This document shows positions 29,295 to 40,642 of a stretch of 64,000 bases of DNA, in pieces. Below the pieces are notes generated by a model. It saw only the letters and a list, made by a program, of their open reading frames with translations. It did not search any database and was not told the DNA's origin. Made by a program: the position numbers and the translations under genes. This DNA is from an uncultured bacterium (GTDB lineage: Bacteria > UBA8481): contig CAZCME010000005.1 in the NCBI GenBank assembly GCA_964499705.1, forward strand, positions 1 through 64,000. The letters run 5' to 3'. Numbering within the stretch: the first letter of the stretch is position 1; every line of letters starts with the position of its first letter.

Positions 29295-29327
29295 GGATGA
29301 AGGATGAAATATGAAGGATGAAGTTTG
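29293..29327 (+). repeat. Five degenerate heptamer repeats (AAGGATG) between cysD and cysN
   Basis: aaggatg aaggatg aaatatg aaggatg aagtttg. Confidence 0.75.
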
Positions 29328-30635
29328 AACACCGCGTTACATAGCGATATCGAGTTGCTTCGCTTCACTACCGCCGGGTCCGTCGATGACGGAAAGTCCA
29401 CTCTGATCGGGCGATTGTTGTACGATTCGAAATCCATCTTCGAAGATCAGATGGAAGCTCTGGAGCGATCTCGCGACATCACGGGGGAGGGATCGATCAA
29501 TCTCGCGAACCTGACCGACGGGCTCCGGGCGGAACGCGAACAGGGCATCACGATCGATGTCGCCTACCGCTATTTCGCGACGCAAAAGAGGAAGTTCATC
29601 ATCGCCGACACGCCCGGCCACGAGCAGTACACGCGGAACATGGTGACGGGCGCTTCGACCGCCAACCTGGCGATCGTCCTCATAGACGCGCGGAAGGGCG
29701 TTCTCGTCCAGAGCCGACGGCATGCCTTTCTCGCGTCTCTCCTGCAGATACCGCACGTCGTGGTCGCCGTGAACAAGATGGACAGCGTTCAGTATTCGCA
29801 GGACATCTTCGAGACGATCTCAAGGGAATTCGCCGACTTCGCCGCGAAGCTTTCCTTCAAAGACCTCCAGATCATCCCGATCTCCGCCCTGGAAGGCGAC
29901 AACGTCGTCGATCGCTCCGGCAGGATGCCGTGGTACCAGGGGCCGACGCTCCTGCATCACCTGGAGCATGTCCACATCGCGGCCGATCATAACCTCGTCG
30001 ACTTCCGGTTCCCGGTCCAGTTCGTCATCCGGCCCGACATGGACTTCCGCGGTTTCGCGGGACAGATCGCCAGCGGCGTCATCCGCGTCGGAGACGAGAT
30101 CGTCTCATTGCCGTCTAAACGTTCGAGCCGCGTCAGGCGCATCTACACCTACGATGGCGATCTCGAATATGCCTTCGCTCCTCAATCCGTGACCATCACG
30201 CTCGAAGATGAAATCGACGTCTCGCGCGGCTGCATGCTCGTCCGGCCGGGAAATCTCCCGGAAATTTCTCAGGAGATCGAGGCGAGCGTCTGCTGGATGC
30301 ACGAGCACCCCATGCAGGTGAACCGGAAATACATGCTGAAGCACGCCTCCCAGACGGTACGCTGCATGGTCAGCAGGCTGGAATACAGGATCAATGTGAA
30401 CACGCTGCACCGGGAGCAGTCCTCTCATCTCGACCTGAACGAGATCGGCAAGATCTTCCTGAGGACGGCCAAGCCGCTCTTCTTCGACGATTACAAGGTC
30501 AACCGCGAGACCGGCAGCTTCATCCTCATCGACGAGGCGACGAACGCAACGATGGCCTCCGGCATGATCCGAGGCCCGCATCGCGAGGCGCGGCTACCCC
30601 TGGAGGAAGTACTGGTCGAGGGCGGCGGCATCTGA
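29325..30635 (+). CDS. cysN: Sulfate adenylyltransferase subunit 1 (no APS kinase domain)
   Basis: GSVDDGKST, EREQGITIDVAYRYF, DTPGHEQY, NKMD. Confidence 0.97.
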   Translation: MNTALHSDIELLRFTTAGSVDDGKSTLIGRLLYDSKSIFEDQMEALERSRDITGEGSINLANLTDGLRAEREQGITIDVAYRYFATQKRKFIIADTPGHEQYTRNMVTGASTANLAIVLIDARKGVLVQSRRHAFLASLLQIPHVVVAVNKMDSVQYSQDIFETISREFADFAAKLSFKDLQIIPISALEGDNVVDRSGRMPWYQGPTLLHHLEHVHIAADHNLVDFRFPVQFVIRPDMDFRGFAGQIASGVIRVGDEIVSLPSKRSSRVRRIYTYDGDLEYAFAPQSVTITLEDEIDVSRGCMLVRPGNLPEISQEIEASVCWMHEHPMQVNRKYMLKHASQTVRCMVSRLEYRINVNTLHREQSSHLDLNEIGKIFLRTAKPLFFDDYKVNRETGSFILIDEATNATMASGMIRGPHREARLPLEEVLVEGGGI

Positions 30636-30666
30636 GATCCGGGAAGAATCCGGGGGGGACGAACCG

Positions 30667-30864
30667 ATGATCGAAGTCAGCCGGCTGAACGGCACAAAGT
30701 TCTGGATCTCGCCCGATCAGATGGAATTCATGGAGGCGACACCGGACACGGTCGTCTCGCTCGTGTCCGGAAAGAAAGTGCTCGTCAAGGAATCCCCGCA
30801 GGAATTGCGCGAACTGATCATCGCATTTCGAAAGAGATGCCTGGAGCGGCCTGATATTAAATAA
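30667..30864 (+). CDS. flbD: Flagellar FlbD family protein
   Basis: MIEVSRLNG..F.I.PD..E..EATPDTV.SL..GKK.LVKES. Confidence 0.88.
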   Translation: MIEVSRLNGTKFWISPDQMEFMEATPDTVVSLVSGKKVLVKESPQELRELIIAFRKRCLERPDIK

Positions 30865-30898
30865 TCCGGACCTGCCTGCTCATCCTGTTTTTCCTGAA

Positions 30899-32323
<1,425 letters not shown>

Positions 32324-32360
32324 TCAAATGTTTCCGGCGGTATAATGAGACCCGATCGAC

Positions 32361-33608
32361 ATGACTCGCCGCGAGAAGAAATCCCTGCATCGAATCGGCT
32401 TCAGCCTGGTATTCCTCATCATCCTCTTAACGCCTCTCCGCATGTCGGCCGACCCGCCCGGGGCCTTCGGCATCTTCGTCGGCATCTCCACTTACAAGAA
32501 CGGCGAATCGCTCGCCTACTGCGCGGACGACGCAGCCAGGCTCGGCCGGTTCTTCGCCGCGCTGGAAGGACCTCTGCATATTCCCGCCGAGCGATCGATC
32601 GTCCTCATGGATACGGCGGCGACGAAAGAAGCCATACGGAACGCCTTCGCGACCATGCGATCAAGGATGTCGCCCGACGATCTCTTTCTCTTCTACTACT
32701 CCGGGCACGGCGGCGGAGAAGACGAGCCGGATGCGCCGCCCCGGGACGAGGTCGACGGGCATGACGAAACGCTCTCCCCCTGGGATGCGAATGGAACTCA
32801 TAAGGGCGAAATCTCGGACGATACTCTCCGGCAATGGCTCGACGAATTTCCCAACCGCGACAGGATCCTCATCCTGGATGCGTGCTTCTCCGGCGGTTTC
32901 GTCAGGGACCTGGCTCGCGACGGAACGCTTGTCCTGGCCGCGACCCAGGAGGACCAGTCATCGATGGTCGCTTACGCGCACCGTATTTCAGGCGCACTGA
33001 CGCACTCGATCCTGACCGGATTGTCCGGAGAAGCGGACGAAGACGGAGATCTCCGCGTGTCGGACAGGGAACTGATCCGCCATCTGTCTTCCCTGCTTCC
33101 CCGGTACTGCGCAACCTGCGGACGACGGAATCCTCCCGGGCGGAGCCGATGCTATTACGACAAGGAGCGTCTCGGCGGCGACGCGTCTCATCTCGCGCAG
33201 GGCGGCCGCATCAGCACGCGTTTCCTTTCCATCCTGCGCGCGCCTTATCGGCCGCCTGCATGTTCCGGGGCGGATGAATTGCGAAGCTGCGGAAGGAAAC
33301 CCTCGGAGTGCCGATGCGAAGTCAAGGGGGAGTGCGGCGGAGCGGAATGCATGACGATCGGCAGGAAGGTGACGGACGGCTGCGGATCGGAAGGAGAGAG
33401 AGACGCGTGCCGCCGGAATCCGGCACTCTGTCCCTGCCCCGAGTACGGCAACTGCCGGATGACAGGATGCGTCTCGCCCGACGAGCCCGTCTGCACGAAG
33501 GAGACGGATCGGGCCCAGTGCGAGCACGACGCGGAGAACTGTCCCTGCGGGCACTTCGGCGATTGCGAGATGGGAAGCTGCGCCCGGCCCGGCCGGCGGC
33601 AGCGATAG
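32361..33608 (+). CDS. Secreted or membrane-anchored caspase-family (C14) peptidase with Cys-rich C-terminal repeats
   Basis: N-terminal hydrophobic helix; YYSGHG and LDACFSG dyad; three C-x8-C-x6-C-x-C-x3-G-x-C-x4-C repeats. Confidence 0.88.
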   Translation: MTRREKKSLHRIGFSLVFLIILLTPLRMSADPPGAFGIFVGISTYKNGESLAYCADDAARLGRFFAALEGPLHIPAERSIVLMDTAATKEAIRNAFATMRSRMSPDDLFLFYYSGHGGGEDEPDAPPRDEVDGHDETLSPWDANGTHKGEISDDTLRQWLDEFPNRDRILILDACFSGGFVRDLARDGTLVLAATQEDQSSMVAYAHRISGALTHSILTGLSGEADEDGDLRVSDRELIRHLSSLLPRYCATCGRRNPPGRSRCYYDKERLGGDASHLAQGGRISTRFLSILRAPYRPPACSGADELRSCGRKPSECRCEVKGECGGAECMTIGRKVTDGCGSEGERDACRRNPALCPCPEYGNCRMTGCVSPDEPVCTKETDRAQCEHDAENCPCGHFGDCEMGSCARPGRRQR

Positions 33609-33615
33609 GTCGCTC

Positions 33616-35118
33616 CTACCTGCACATCACCTCGCCGCAATCTTCCGGGTAGGGCGGCCTCGTCGCGGGAATGATGCCCGCTTCGATCGCGACTCCGAAT
33701 AATTCTCTCGGGATCTCCTCGGGCATCAATCCGCCCCGACCATGAGAGGCCGCATGGATCATGTAAAGGTGCGATGCCCTGTCAAAGTCAGGTCCCCTTT
33801 CTTCATACCGATTAATCAGTCCCGAGTAGACATCCTCGATGAGCCGCGGCGCGTGCGGATAATAATGATGGAGTTTCTGGCTGGCATTGATGAAGGGAAA
33901 CGAGATCATGAGAATCGCGAAAAGCGTGAATCGCGCGACCGCGCGGATGAGGCGCGGTCCCAGCAGCGCATCGGCCGCCGCGAACGCCGCGGTGAAGAAA
34001 AGGGGCAGGAAGGCTCCATACCAGTACGGCCCCCAGATCCGGCCCGTGACACGGTCCGCGCTCATCTGCATGAGAAACGCATGGAGCATCGCGAAGAGCG
34101 TGATCCCGGCGGAGGCGCGCATGAGCAGAAGCGTGTGATCAGGACGCGGTTCGGATCGAGGAGAACGATAGAGCCGGTAAAGCGCGCCGAGAGTCGCCAG
34201 GAAGATGCCAAGGTGGAGAAGAGCCAGCGGCTTCATCCGTAAGGGAACGAGCGCGATTTTCTGCAAACCGAGGCTCTCCCCGAAGACGAGGCCCAGATCG
34301 ATGAGAGCGGCGGCGATTGCGGAAGCGGGCTTCAGGTGGGGAAAGTGGCTCTGGGAGAAATATTCATACTGCGACAGGTTCACCCATCCGAAGCCGACCG
34401 ACTCCGCGAGCGCGGGCAGGGCGAGGAGATACAGGCCGGCCACACCGGGAAGAATCAGGAGGTAGGCGACCAGGCGACCGGGCGACGTGAAGAGCCGCTC
34501 CCGGAAGAAGAGCGGAAGCGCGAGGAACGTGACGAGGGCCGTCTCATCGCAGAGAAATCCGAAGAGCACGACACCGCAGAGGACGGCGAATCTTCCGCGC
34601 GAAATATTTCCGGGAGATGTGGAAAGCCAGAATGAAACGAGCATGAGGAAGTTCACGAGCGCTTTGGCGGGACGAAAGAGCATCGCGACCAGCGAAAGGC
34701 TGGCGGGTTGGAGCAGGAAATACGCGGCGGCCCAGAGCGCCGTGTCGGCATTGACGCTCATTCTCCTCAGGAGAAGATAGACGAGCAGCGGATCCAGAAA
34801 GAGCGTCATCAGCATCGTGAGGGAGAGCGAAGGATGGGGTCGCGTGAATTCCCATAGTGTCATGCGGAAATGCGTGTCGAGGATTTCGACGAGAGACGAA
34901 ACCGGTCTCGTCAGGCGCGGAACATGACCTTCGAATACCGGGTAATTCAGCGATTCTCGAAGGACGGTCGATACCGAAAGCGGAACATGCTCCCGGATGT
35001 GCTGTTTCATCGGGATCAGTTCGGGCTGCATCCAGGAATGTTCCGGCGAGAGTACAACAAGGAAAATGAAAAGGTAGGCGGCCGCCACGGCGAGCGCGCC
35101 GCCGCGCGCGGGAATCAC
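33616..35118 (-). CDS. Polytopic membrane protein, possible GT-C glycosyltransferase
   Basis: Many hydrophobic helices; RPVS and CDETAL motifs; GTG start overlaps the upstream stop. Confidence 0.55.
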   Translation of the reverse strand: MIPARGGALAVAAAYLFIFLVVLSPEHSWMQPELIPMKQHIREHVPLSVSTVLRESLNYPVFEGHVPRLTRPVSSLVEILDTHFRMTLWEFTRPHPSLSLTMLMTLFLDPLLVYLLLRRMSVNADTALWAAAYFLLQPASLSLVAMLFRPAKALVNFLMLVSFWLSTSPGNISRGRFAVLCGVVLFGFLCDETALVTFLALPLFFRERLFTSPGRLVAYLLILPGVAGLYLLALPALAESVGFGWVNLSQYEYFSQSHFPHLKPASAIAAALIDLGLVFGESLGLQKIALVPLRMKPLALLHLGIFLATLGALYRLYRSPRSEPRPDHTLLLMRASAGITLFAMLHAFLMQMSADRVTGRIWGPYWYGAFLPLFFTAAFAAADALLGPRLIRAVARFTLFAILMISFPFINASQKLHHYYPHAPRLIEDVYSGLINRYEERGPDFDRASHLYMIHAASHGRGGLMPEEIPRELFGVAIEAGIIPATRPPYPEDCGEVMCR

Positions 35119-35468
35119 GGAGATTTGCGGCGGAACCGGCTCAGCAGGGCCGCAAGCGAGATGAGCCCCATGGATGCGGCCCAGGTGCCGGCGGCCATCC
35201 ACAGGAACGTGCGCTTCTGCAGCACATAGTCCCGTTCCGCATTCACATAGACAAGCCCATCGCGTTCGGCGAGAACATCCGTTCGATCCCACATGATCGC
35301 ATCGACGGGCTCCCCTTCGTTCGCGCCCAGTTCGCCCGTCATCTCCCGCATCTCAGGCGGATACGGGGAGATTCGCTGCACGCGTTCGCTGAAGAGAGCC
35401 GACATCACGAGTACGGACAATAGCAGCAGCAGGGTCATGCCGCCGGCGGCGAGAAGCCAGGATCTCAC
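35115..35468 (-). CDS. Small two-TM membrane protein
   Basis: Two hydrophobic helices; tightly packed between yceI and the membrane-protein gene. Confidence 0.6.
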   Translation of the reverse strand: MRSWLLAAGGMTLLLLLSVLVMSALFSERVQRISPYPPEMREMTGELGANEGEPVDAIMWDRTDVLAERDGLVYVNAERDYVLQKRTFLWMAAGTWAASMGLISLAALLSRFRRKSP

Positions 35469-35485
35469 CGGAAAGGCGCGCGAAT

Positions 35486-36166
35486 TTACCTCGCGGGTTG
35501 CGATGCGGGTGGAGCCGCGACAGCCGGCCGCGTCGAAGGCATCTCCGGCTTCCGGCCGGGGTCGTTATTCGTGAAGGCGAAGATGTCGAAGCTGATCGAG
35601 AGCTCATCGGCCATCTTCAATCCCAGCAGTCGCTCCGGAACGATCACGCCGAAGTCAGACAGCTTGATCTTGAAGGACGTCTTCAACTGGATGATATCGC
35701 CGACATAGCCCATCTTTTCGAGCGTCGGTCTCGCGGGAAAACGCCTGGCGGAGCCCGTTACCGTAATCCGCCTCGTCTTCCCGTGGATCGTCATGTCTCC
35801 CGTGATTTCATACTGATCCGGCTTCCCGGACTTGTTCTTAACCGCGACGCTTTTGAATTCGATGTTCGGATATTTTTCCGCGTCCAGCCAGTCGGGTCCG
35901 ATCATGTGCTCGTCGCGCGCGTCGATTCCCGTCTTCATGGATCGCACGGGGATCGTCACGAGAAGCGCATGCGATTTCCCGGCGTCGTCGAAGTAAACGA
36001 ATCCGGTCGCCTTATTGGTGCGGCCGACCATCATTTCCAGGGAGGCGTTGGATTCCCACGAAACGTTGACCTTGTTCTCGCCGTTCTTGCCGATGTCGTA
36101 ATACGCGGCGTCGGCGGCGCCGACGAAAACCGCGAGAGCGATGAGGGAATGAAGCAGTGATTTCAT
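35486..36166 (-). CDS. YceI family periplasmic lipid/isoprenoid-binding protein
   Basis: AAGGAGG RBS; signal peptide; TGIDARDEHM..WLDAEKYP.I.F, GDMTIHGKT, SDFG. Confidence 0.88.
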   Translation of the reverse strand: MKSLLHSLIALAVFVGAADAAYYDIGKNGENKVNVSWESNASLEMMVGRTNKATGFVYFDDAGKSHALLVTIPVRSMKTGIDARDEHMIGPDWLDAEKYPNIEFKSVAVKNKSGKPDQYEITGDMTIHGKTRRITVTGSARRFPARPTLEKMGYVGDIIQLKTSFKIKLSDFGVIVPERLLGLKMADELSISFDIFAFTNNDPGRKPEMPSTRPAVAAPPASQPAR

Positions 36167-36206
36167 GATGATCCTCCTTGGACCGGCGCATGATATCATT
36201 CGCTCC

Positions 36207-36974
36207 ATGTCATCACAAGCAGGCGAAAAGAGGCCGCGGATGCGGCTCGACCAGATTCTCGTCGATCGCGGGCTCGCGGAATCGCGGACGAAAGCCCAGG
36301 CTCTCATCATGGCCGGGCTCGTGCGCGTGGATAAAAAACACGATCTCAAGGCGGGAACCCTTCTCCCGGCGGACTGCATCGTCGACATCGCCGGTCCTGC
36401 CTCCGACGGTTGGGTCGGCCGCGGCGGAGAAAAGCTCGCGGGCGCTCTGCAGGATTTCGGCCTGACTGGAACAATCTCCGGAACATGGCTCGACTGCGGC
36501 GCCGCGACCGGCGGATTCACGGACGTACTCCTCGCCAACGGCGCCGGCAAGATCTACGCCGTGGATGTAGGCTACGGCCAGATCGCCCTGAAGCTCCGGG
36601 ACGATCCCCGCGTCGTCGTGATCGAGCGATTCAACATCCGCGGCATCACGAAGTCGGTGGTCCCCGATCTCCTCGACGGAGTGACGCTCGATCTCTCCTT
36701 CATCTCCTCGCGCCTCGTCCTCCCCCTGCTTCCTCCGTATCTCGCCCCGCACGGCCGGATCGTGCTCCTCTTCAAGCCGCAATTCGAAGGCCGTCGTGAG
36801 GATATCGGCAAGGGCGGGATCGTGCGCGACGAAGCTACGCGCGCACGCATCGCCGCCGACTTCGAAACCTGGACGGAGGAGAACGGATGGAAAATCGAAC
36901 GCAGGACGGTTTCTCCCATCAAGGGAAGAGACGGCAACGTGGAGTACTTCTTCGAGTTGCGAAAGCGATCGTGA
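36207..36974 (+). CDS. tlyA: TlyA family rRNA 2'-O-methyltransferase
   Basis: S4 domain RLDQILV..SR.KA; GRGGEKL, DCGAATGGFTD, DVGYGQ, KPQFE, GRDGNVEY. Confidence 0.95.
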   Translation: MSSQAGEKRPRMRLDQILVDRGLAESRTKAQALIMAGLVRVDKKHDLKAGTLLPADCIVDIAGPASDGWVGRGGEKLAGALQDFGLTGTISGTWLDCGAATGGFTDVLLANGAGKIYAVDVGYGQIALKLRDDPRVVVIERFNIRGITKSVVPDLLDGVTLDLSFISSRLVLPLLPPYLAPHGRIVLLFKPQFEGRREDIGKGGIVRDEATRARIAADFETWTEENGWKIERRTVSPIKGRDGNVEYFFELRKRS

Positions 36975-37008
36975 CGAGGATCGATCAGATGGAGCTGATC
37001 GGAATCCG

Positions 37009-37803
37009 CTATCTTCCCGCCCATCTCCTATACGCTTCCGGTCGCATCAATTTCCTGATCTCGGAAAACGGCAACAGGATATCGAACTCACCGGCGGCGT
37101 AGGGCGCCACTTCATACACGTTGTAATGGAAAACGACGCCCTTCTTCGTCAAGTAGAAGTTCGATGTCGGTTCGACTTTTTCGGTCAGGAGATCGTCTCT
37201 GGATACATTGTCATCAAGGCGTCGGGCCAATTCCTGCAGTATCTTTCGTTCGATCATGGGTCCCAGTTTCATCACGGAGGATGACGGGAAGAGATGCTCC
37301 AAGCCCACCGTGTCAGCCGACCGCGGATCGATGACGGTGAAGTCGCTGCCGTAAACACCGTGCGCTCCTCCGGTGAAAAGGTATTCAGCGTTTTCGAGCA
37401 CGATGAGACCCGGCTCGTTAATGCGCACGGACATCAGCGACTCCATTGACCAACGATACGCAAACACGCCGATGTTCGAGTCGTATTCCGCGCAGACGTC
37501 CTCGTACTCGCCGAACCACGAATCTCGTTCCTCCATGAGAGCCCTCGATGGAGAATCGACCGGGCGGCCGAAGAAACTGCGGGCGCATTGCCGGCGGAGC
37601 TTTTCGAGAAGCGGCGTATCGGCTCCCCTCATGGGATAAAGATACCGCATGTGGAACTCGGCCGCCGGGGTTTCATCTTCCGCCGCGGGAAGAATCACAC
37701 GGGAATCCTGGAGACCGTATGTCCAGAATTCGACGCGAGCGGAGGCCGGCAATGTGAAGCCCGCTAAAAGCAAAACGATGAGGAGCATTTTCAATTTGAT
37801 CAT
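37009..37803 (-). CDS. DUF3298/RsiV-like secreted protein
   Basis: Signal peptide; FTGGAHG, NFYLT..GVVFHYNVYEVAPYAAG. Confidence 0.85.
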   Translation of the reverse strand: MIKLKMLLIVLLLAGFTLPASARVEFWTYGLQDSRVILPAAEDETPAAEFHMRYLYPMRGADTPLLEKLRRQCARSFFGRPVDSPSRALMEERDSWFGEYEDVCAEYDSNIGVFAYRWSMESLMSVRINEPGLIVLENAEYLFTGGAHGVYGSDFTVIDPRSADTVGLEHLFPSSSVMKLGPMIERKILQELARRLDDNVSRDDLLTEKVEPTSNFYLTKKGVVFHYNVYEVAPYAAGEFDILLPFSEIRKLMRPEAYRRWAGR

Positions 37804-37904
37804 CCTGCCGATCATTTTAGGCGGGATGCGCCGCTCGTTACATCTAAATCCATAAGATTGATCCGGCATGATGGTTGCTTTTTACCCATCAAGGAGCCGA
37901 TTCC

Positions 37905-39191
37905 ATGAAAAAATCCCGCAAGGGAGGAGGAATACTGAACATCCTTCCGCGCGCGAACGGCTTCGCGCGAACGGAGCAGGCGGCGATCAAGGAATTGATC
38001 GAGGATGAGCGTATTGTGACGCATTTCCAACCGATCCATTCCGTCCAGACGCGGACCATCCTTGGCGTCGAAGCGCTGAGCCGGGGCGTGAATCCTTCCG
38101 ATGCATCGCCGATTGCTCCGGCGCGCCTGATCGAAGAATCGCGTTCTGCGGGCCTATGGCTTGCGATGGAAAGGTTGATGCGACGAACATCGCTGGAAAC
38201 TTTTCGAACGCATTTCGGCGATCAGAACAATTCCATGCTTCTTTTCCTGAACTTCGATCCCGCGGTATTCGATGAAGGGGTGGCAGGTTCCGGTCACCTG
38301 TCACGGCTTGTCGCATCGCTGGGAATCAATCCGAGCCGGGTCGCCCTGGAGATCATCGAGTCGCGAGTTTCCGATACGAAGCTGCTCCTGGAATTCGTGG
38401 AACGGCATCGCGCTCTCGGATTCCTGATTGCTGTGGACGATGTAGGCGACGGCGAATCAAACCTGGCCCGCATGGCGCTCCTGAAGCCCAACATCCTCAA
38501 GATAGACCGTTCGCTCTGCAGCCAGCTGGCTCGCGATTATTACTGCCGCAAGGCCGTCCAATCGCTCATCTGGTTCGCCCACCAGGTCGGCGCGCTCGCA
38601 TTGGCGGAAGGGCTTGAAACGCGGGAAGAATCTCTCATTGCCATGGAACTCGGCGCGGACCTTTTGCAAGGATATTATCTGGGACGGCCGACCGGCGACA
38701 TGGACCTCCTGCTCGCTCAACGATCTCTGACTCATGACCTGATGGGCGAACACCAGGACAGAACGACCCGACGCGTGGAAAGTTCTCGAAAGAGACGCGC
38801 CTCCGAGAGATCGCTCCTCACGGGAATCATGGACCGATTGCGCGGTCATGAGACAGGGGAATTCGACGCGATCGCGGCGCTCTTTCTGGAAGAATGCGAA
38901 TATCTCCAGTGCATCTTCGTTCTCGATGCGGCCGGGCTCCAGGTGTCGCGGACGCATTTCAAGAAGGCAAATCAAGAATTCGTCAACGTTCTCACGCGGC
39001 CCGCGGTTCCGGGCACCAATCACGCGATGAAGGAGTATTACTTCATGATGGAGCATACGGGAGCACCCATGCACCTTACGGCACCCTACATGTCCCAGGC
39101 GACCGGGGACCTATGCGTCACGCTTTCCGCCCGATTCCACGCTAAAGACGGATTGGCCTACATCATCTGCCTGGATACGAATCCGGCATGA
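37905..39191 (+). CDS. EAL c-di-GMP phosphodiesterase with C-terminal EAL-associated (YkuI_C-like) domain
   Basis: FQPI, EALSR, LEIIE, DDVGDG, KIDR, EGLE, QGYY; C-terminal KEYY..PYMS.ATG.LC. Confidence 0.9.
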   Translation: MKKSRKGGGILNILPRANGFARTEQAAIKELIEDERIVTHFQPIHSVQTRTILGVEALSRGVNPSDASPIAPARLIEESRSAGLWLAMERLMRRTSLETFRTHFGDQNNSMLLFLNFDPAVFDEGVAGSGHLSRLVASLGINPSRVALEIIESRVSDTKLLLEFVERHRALGFLIAVDDVGDGESNLARMALLKPNILKIDRSLCSQLARDYYCRKAVQSLIWFAHQVGALALAEGLETREESLIAMELGADLLQGYYLGRPTGDMDLLLAQRSLTHDLMGEHQDRTTRRVESSRKRRASERSLLTGIMDRLRGHETGEFDAIAALFLEECEYLQCIFVLDAAGLQVSRTHFKKANQEFVNVLTRPAVPGTNHAMKEYYFMMEHTGAPMHLTAPYMSQATGDLCVTLSARFHAKDGLAYIICLDTNPA

Positions 39192-39307
39192 GGGCGATGC
39201 GATCGAGGCGGAGGACGAGGAGCGGAAACGGATTTCCTGGCGACAACGCGTTATCCGAACGGTCCTGCGACATTAATGGTCGTGCATTTGTAAAGAGACT
39301 CGATTTA

Positions 39308-40339
39308 TTATTGTAAAGATTTCTTCGCGATCGCGATCATGTGAGCGACGCTGGGGCCGGCGTTGTGCGCCTCAAGGAGAATTTCAGGATGCCGCATCGC
39401 GAAAACGCGAAATATTTCATCCGCAAAACCCTGTCCGATGCCGGTTAGTCCCCTGAAATCCAGGCGGATCCGGCGAAACTTATCGAGGCCGAAGAGGAGA
39501 CGGCGCGCTTCAGAGCGCGAGACACGTCCCTCGGTGCCAGAGGAGAGTCTGACCGTGACAACGGTCCGATCGAATTCGAAGTCTTCATTGGTGAAGGAAT
39601 CAAAAAGCTTCTTCAAATCCTTGCGGGAGCGACGTTTGAGCGAAAACACGACCCTTGTTCCCTTGAGGCGCCTCCGGTCCTCCCAATAAACCTCCGGATC
39701 TGCGCGATTGACGACGAACAGGCGCAGACGATCGCTCTCCAATATGAATTCATCCGCAATCTTGGAAGTGAAGAAGATGCCCTGACCCGAGTGTCGCGAA
39801 GGATCCGTCGTCACTTTTCCCTTCAGGAGATGGCGCGCGGCTTCGAAGTGATCCGGAAAATCCCATTTCCGGCGGATGCTCTCGAAGACTCCAATCCCCT
39901 TGTCTTCGATCGAAAACCGGAAATTCACAGTATCCAGGGTTACGGCAACGCAGGCGCGGGACGCTTTCGAATGGTCGATGGCGTTATTGAGCATTTCCGT
40001 GAATGCATATTCCACGACAGCCGAAGCTGACCTGGAAAGAGCTCGGCGCAATGCCAGTTTCTCCCGCGCCGCCTCGTATACGACGTGTTCCTCCAACCCC
40101 TTCAAGGAGCAGACTCGCCGAAAAACGGTCACAGTCGGAACTTTGCCGGCGCGAGAGGGAAGATGGTAAACGGCGCCGCGCGTGGAACCCTCTTTGACGA
40201 GGAGCCCGGATGCCACAAGAGCACGCAGATGAGACGCCGCGGCCTGGCGAGAAACTCCCCAGAGGCCGACCAATTCCATCGAACGCACCCCCGTTTTTCT
40301 TCCCGCCATCGCTAGAATCTGGGTTGGTGAGCGTTTCAT
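39308..40339 (-). CDS. wHTH-HATPase-STAS-like (DUF4325) protein
   Basis: SRQAA..HL..LV..G (HTH); EMLNNAIDHS, DKGIG, GQGIFFTS; VSRSEARR, LDF.G..GQGFADEIF. Confidence 0.88.
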   Translation of the reverse strand: MKRSPTQILAMAGRKTGVRSMELVGLWGVSRQAAASHLRALVASGLLVKEGSTRGAVYHLPSRAGKVPTVTVFRRVCSLKGLEEHVVYEAAREKLALRRALSRSASAVVEYAFTEMLNNAIDHSKASRACVAVTLDTVNFRFSIEDKGIGVFESIRRKWDFPDHFEAARHLLKGKVTTDPSRHSGQGIFFTSKIADEFILESDRLRLFVVNRADPEVYWEDRRRLKGTRVVFSLKRRSRKDLKKLFDSFTNEDFEFDRTVVTVRLSSGTEGRVSRSEARRLLFGLDKFRRIRLDFRGLTGIGQGFADEIFRVFAMRHPEILLEAHNAGPSVAHMIAIAKKSLQ

Positions 40340-40350
40340 CGTCTGCGGCT

Positions 40351-40392
40351 ATTGTAATTATATTGTAAATAGATGTAAATAATAATTGTAAA
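40351..40392 (-). promoter_or_regulatory. Promoter overlapped by four TTACA direct repeats
   Basis: Minus strand TTTACA(40379-40374)-17 nt-TACAAT(40356-40351); plus-strand TGTAA at 40353, 40364, 40374 and 40387. Confidence 0.65.
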
Positions 40393-40642
40393 CATATTCC
40401 CGGCCTGTTGTCTTGTTGGGATGACGTTATGCTTCGGCTACCGTTCCCGATCATCCCGTCAAGAAAGTGCGGAGCGATTCGCAAGTCCTTCAATCTGAAT
40501 GTTGCATTATTGGAGAATGTCCCCTTGACTTTTTCAGGCTTGTCTCCAGAATAGGGCAGCAGCGTCCCTTTACTGATGATACCCGTTATATTCGGGACTG
40601 AGTTCGTGCGGACCGGTTCCGAGACGCAGCGAGGAGAACTCA

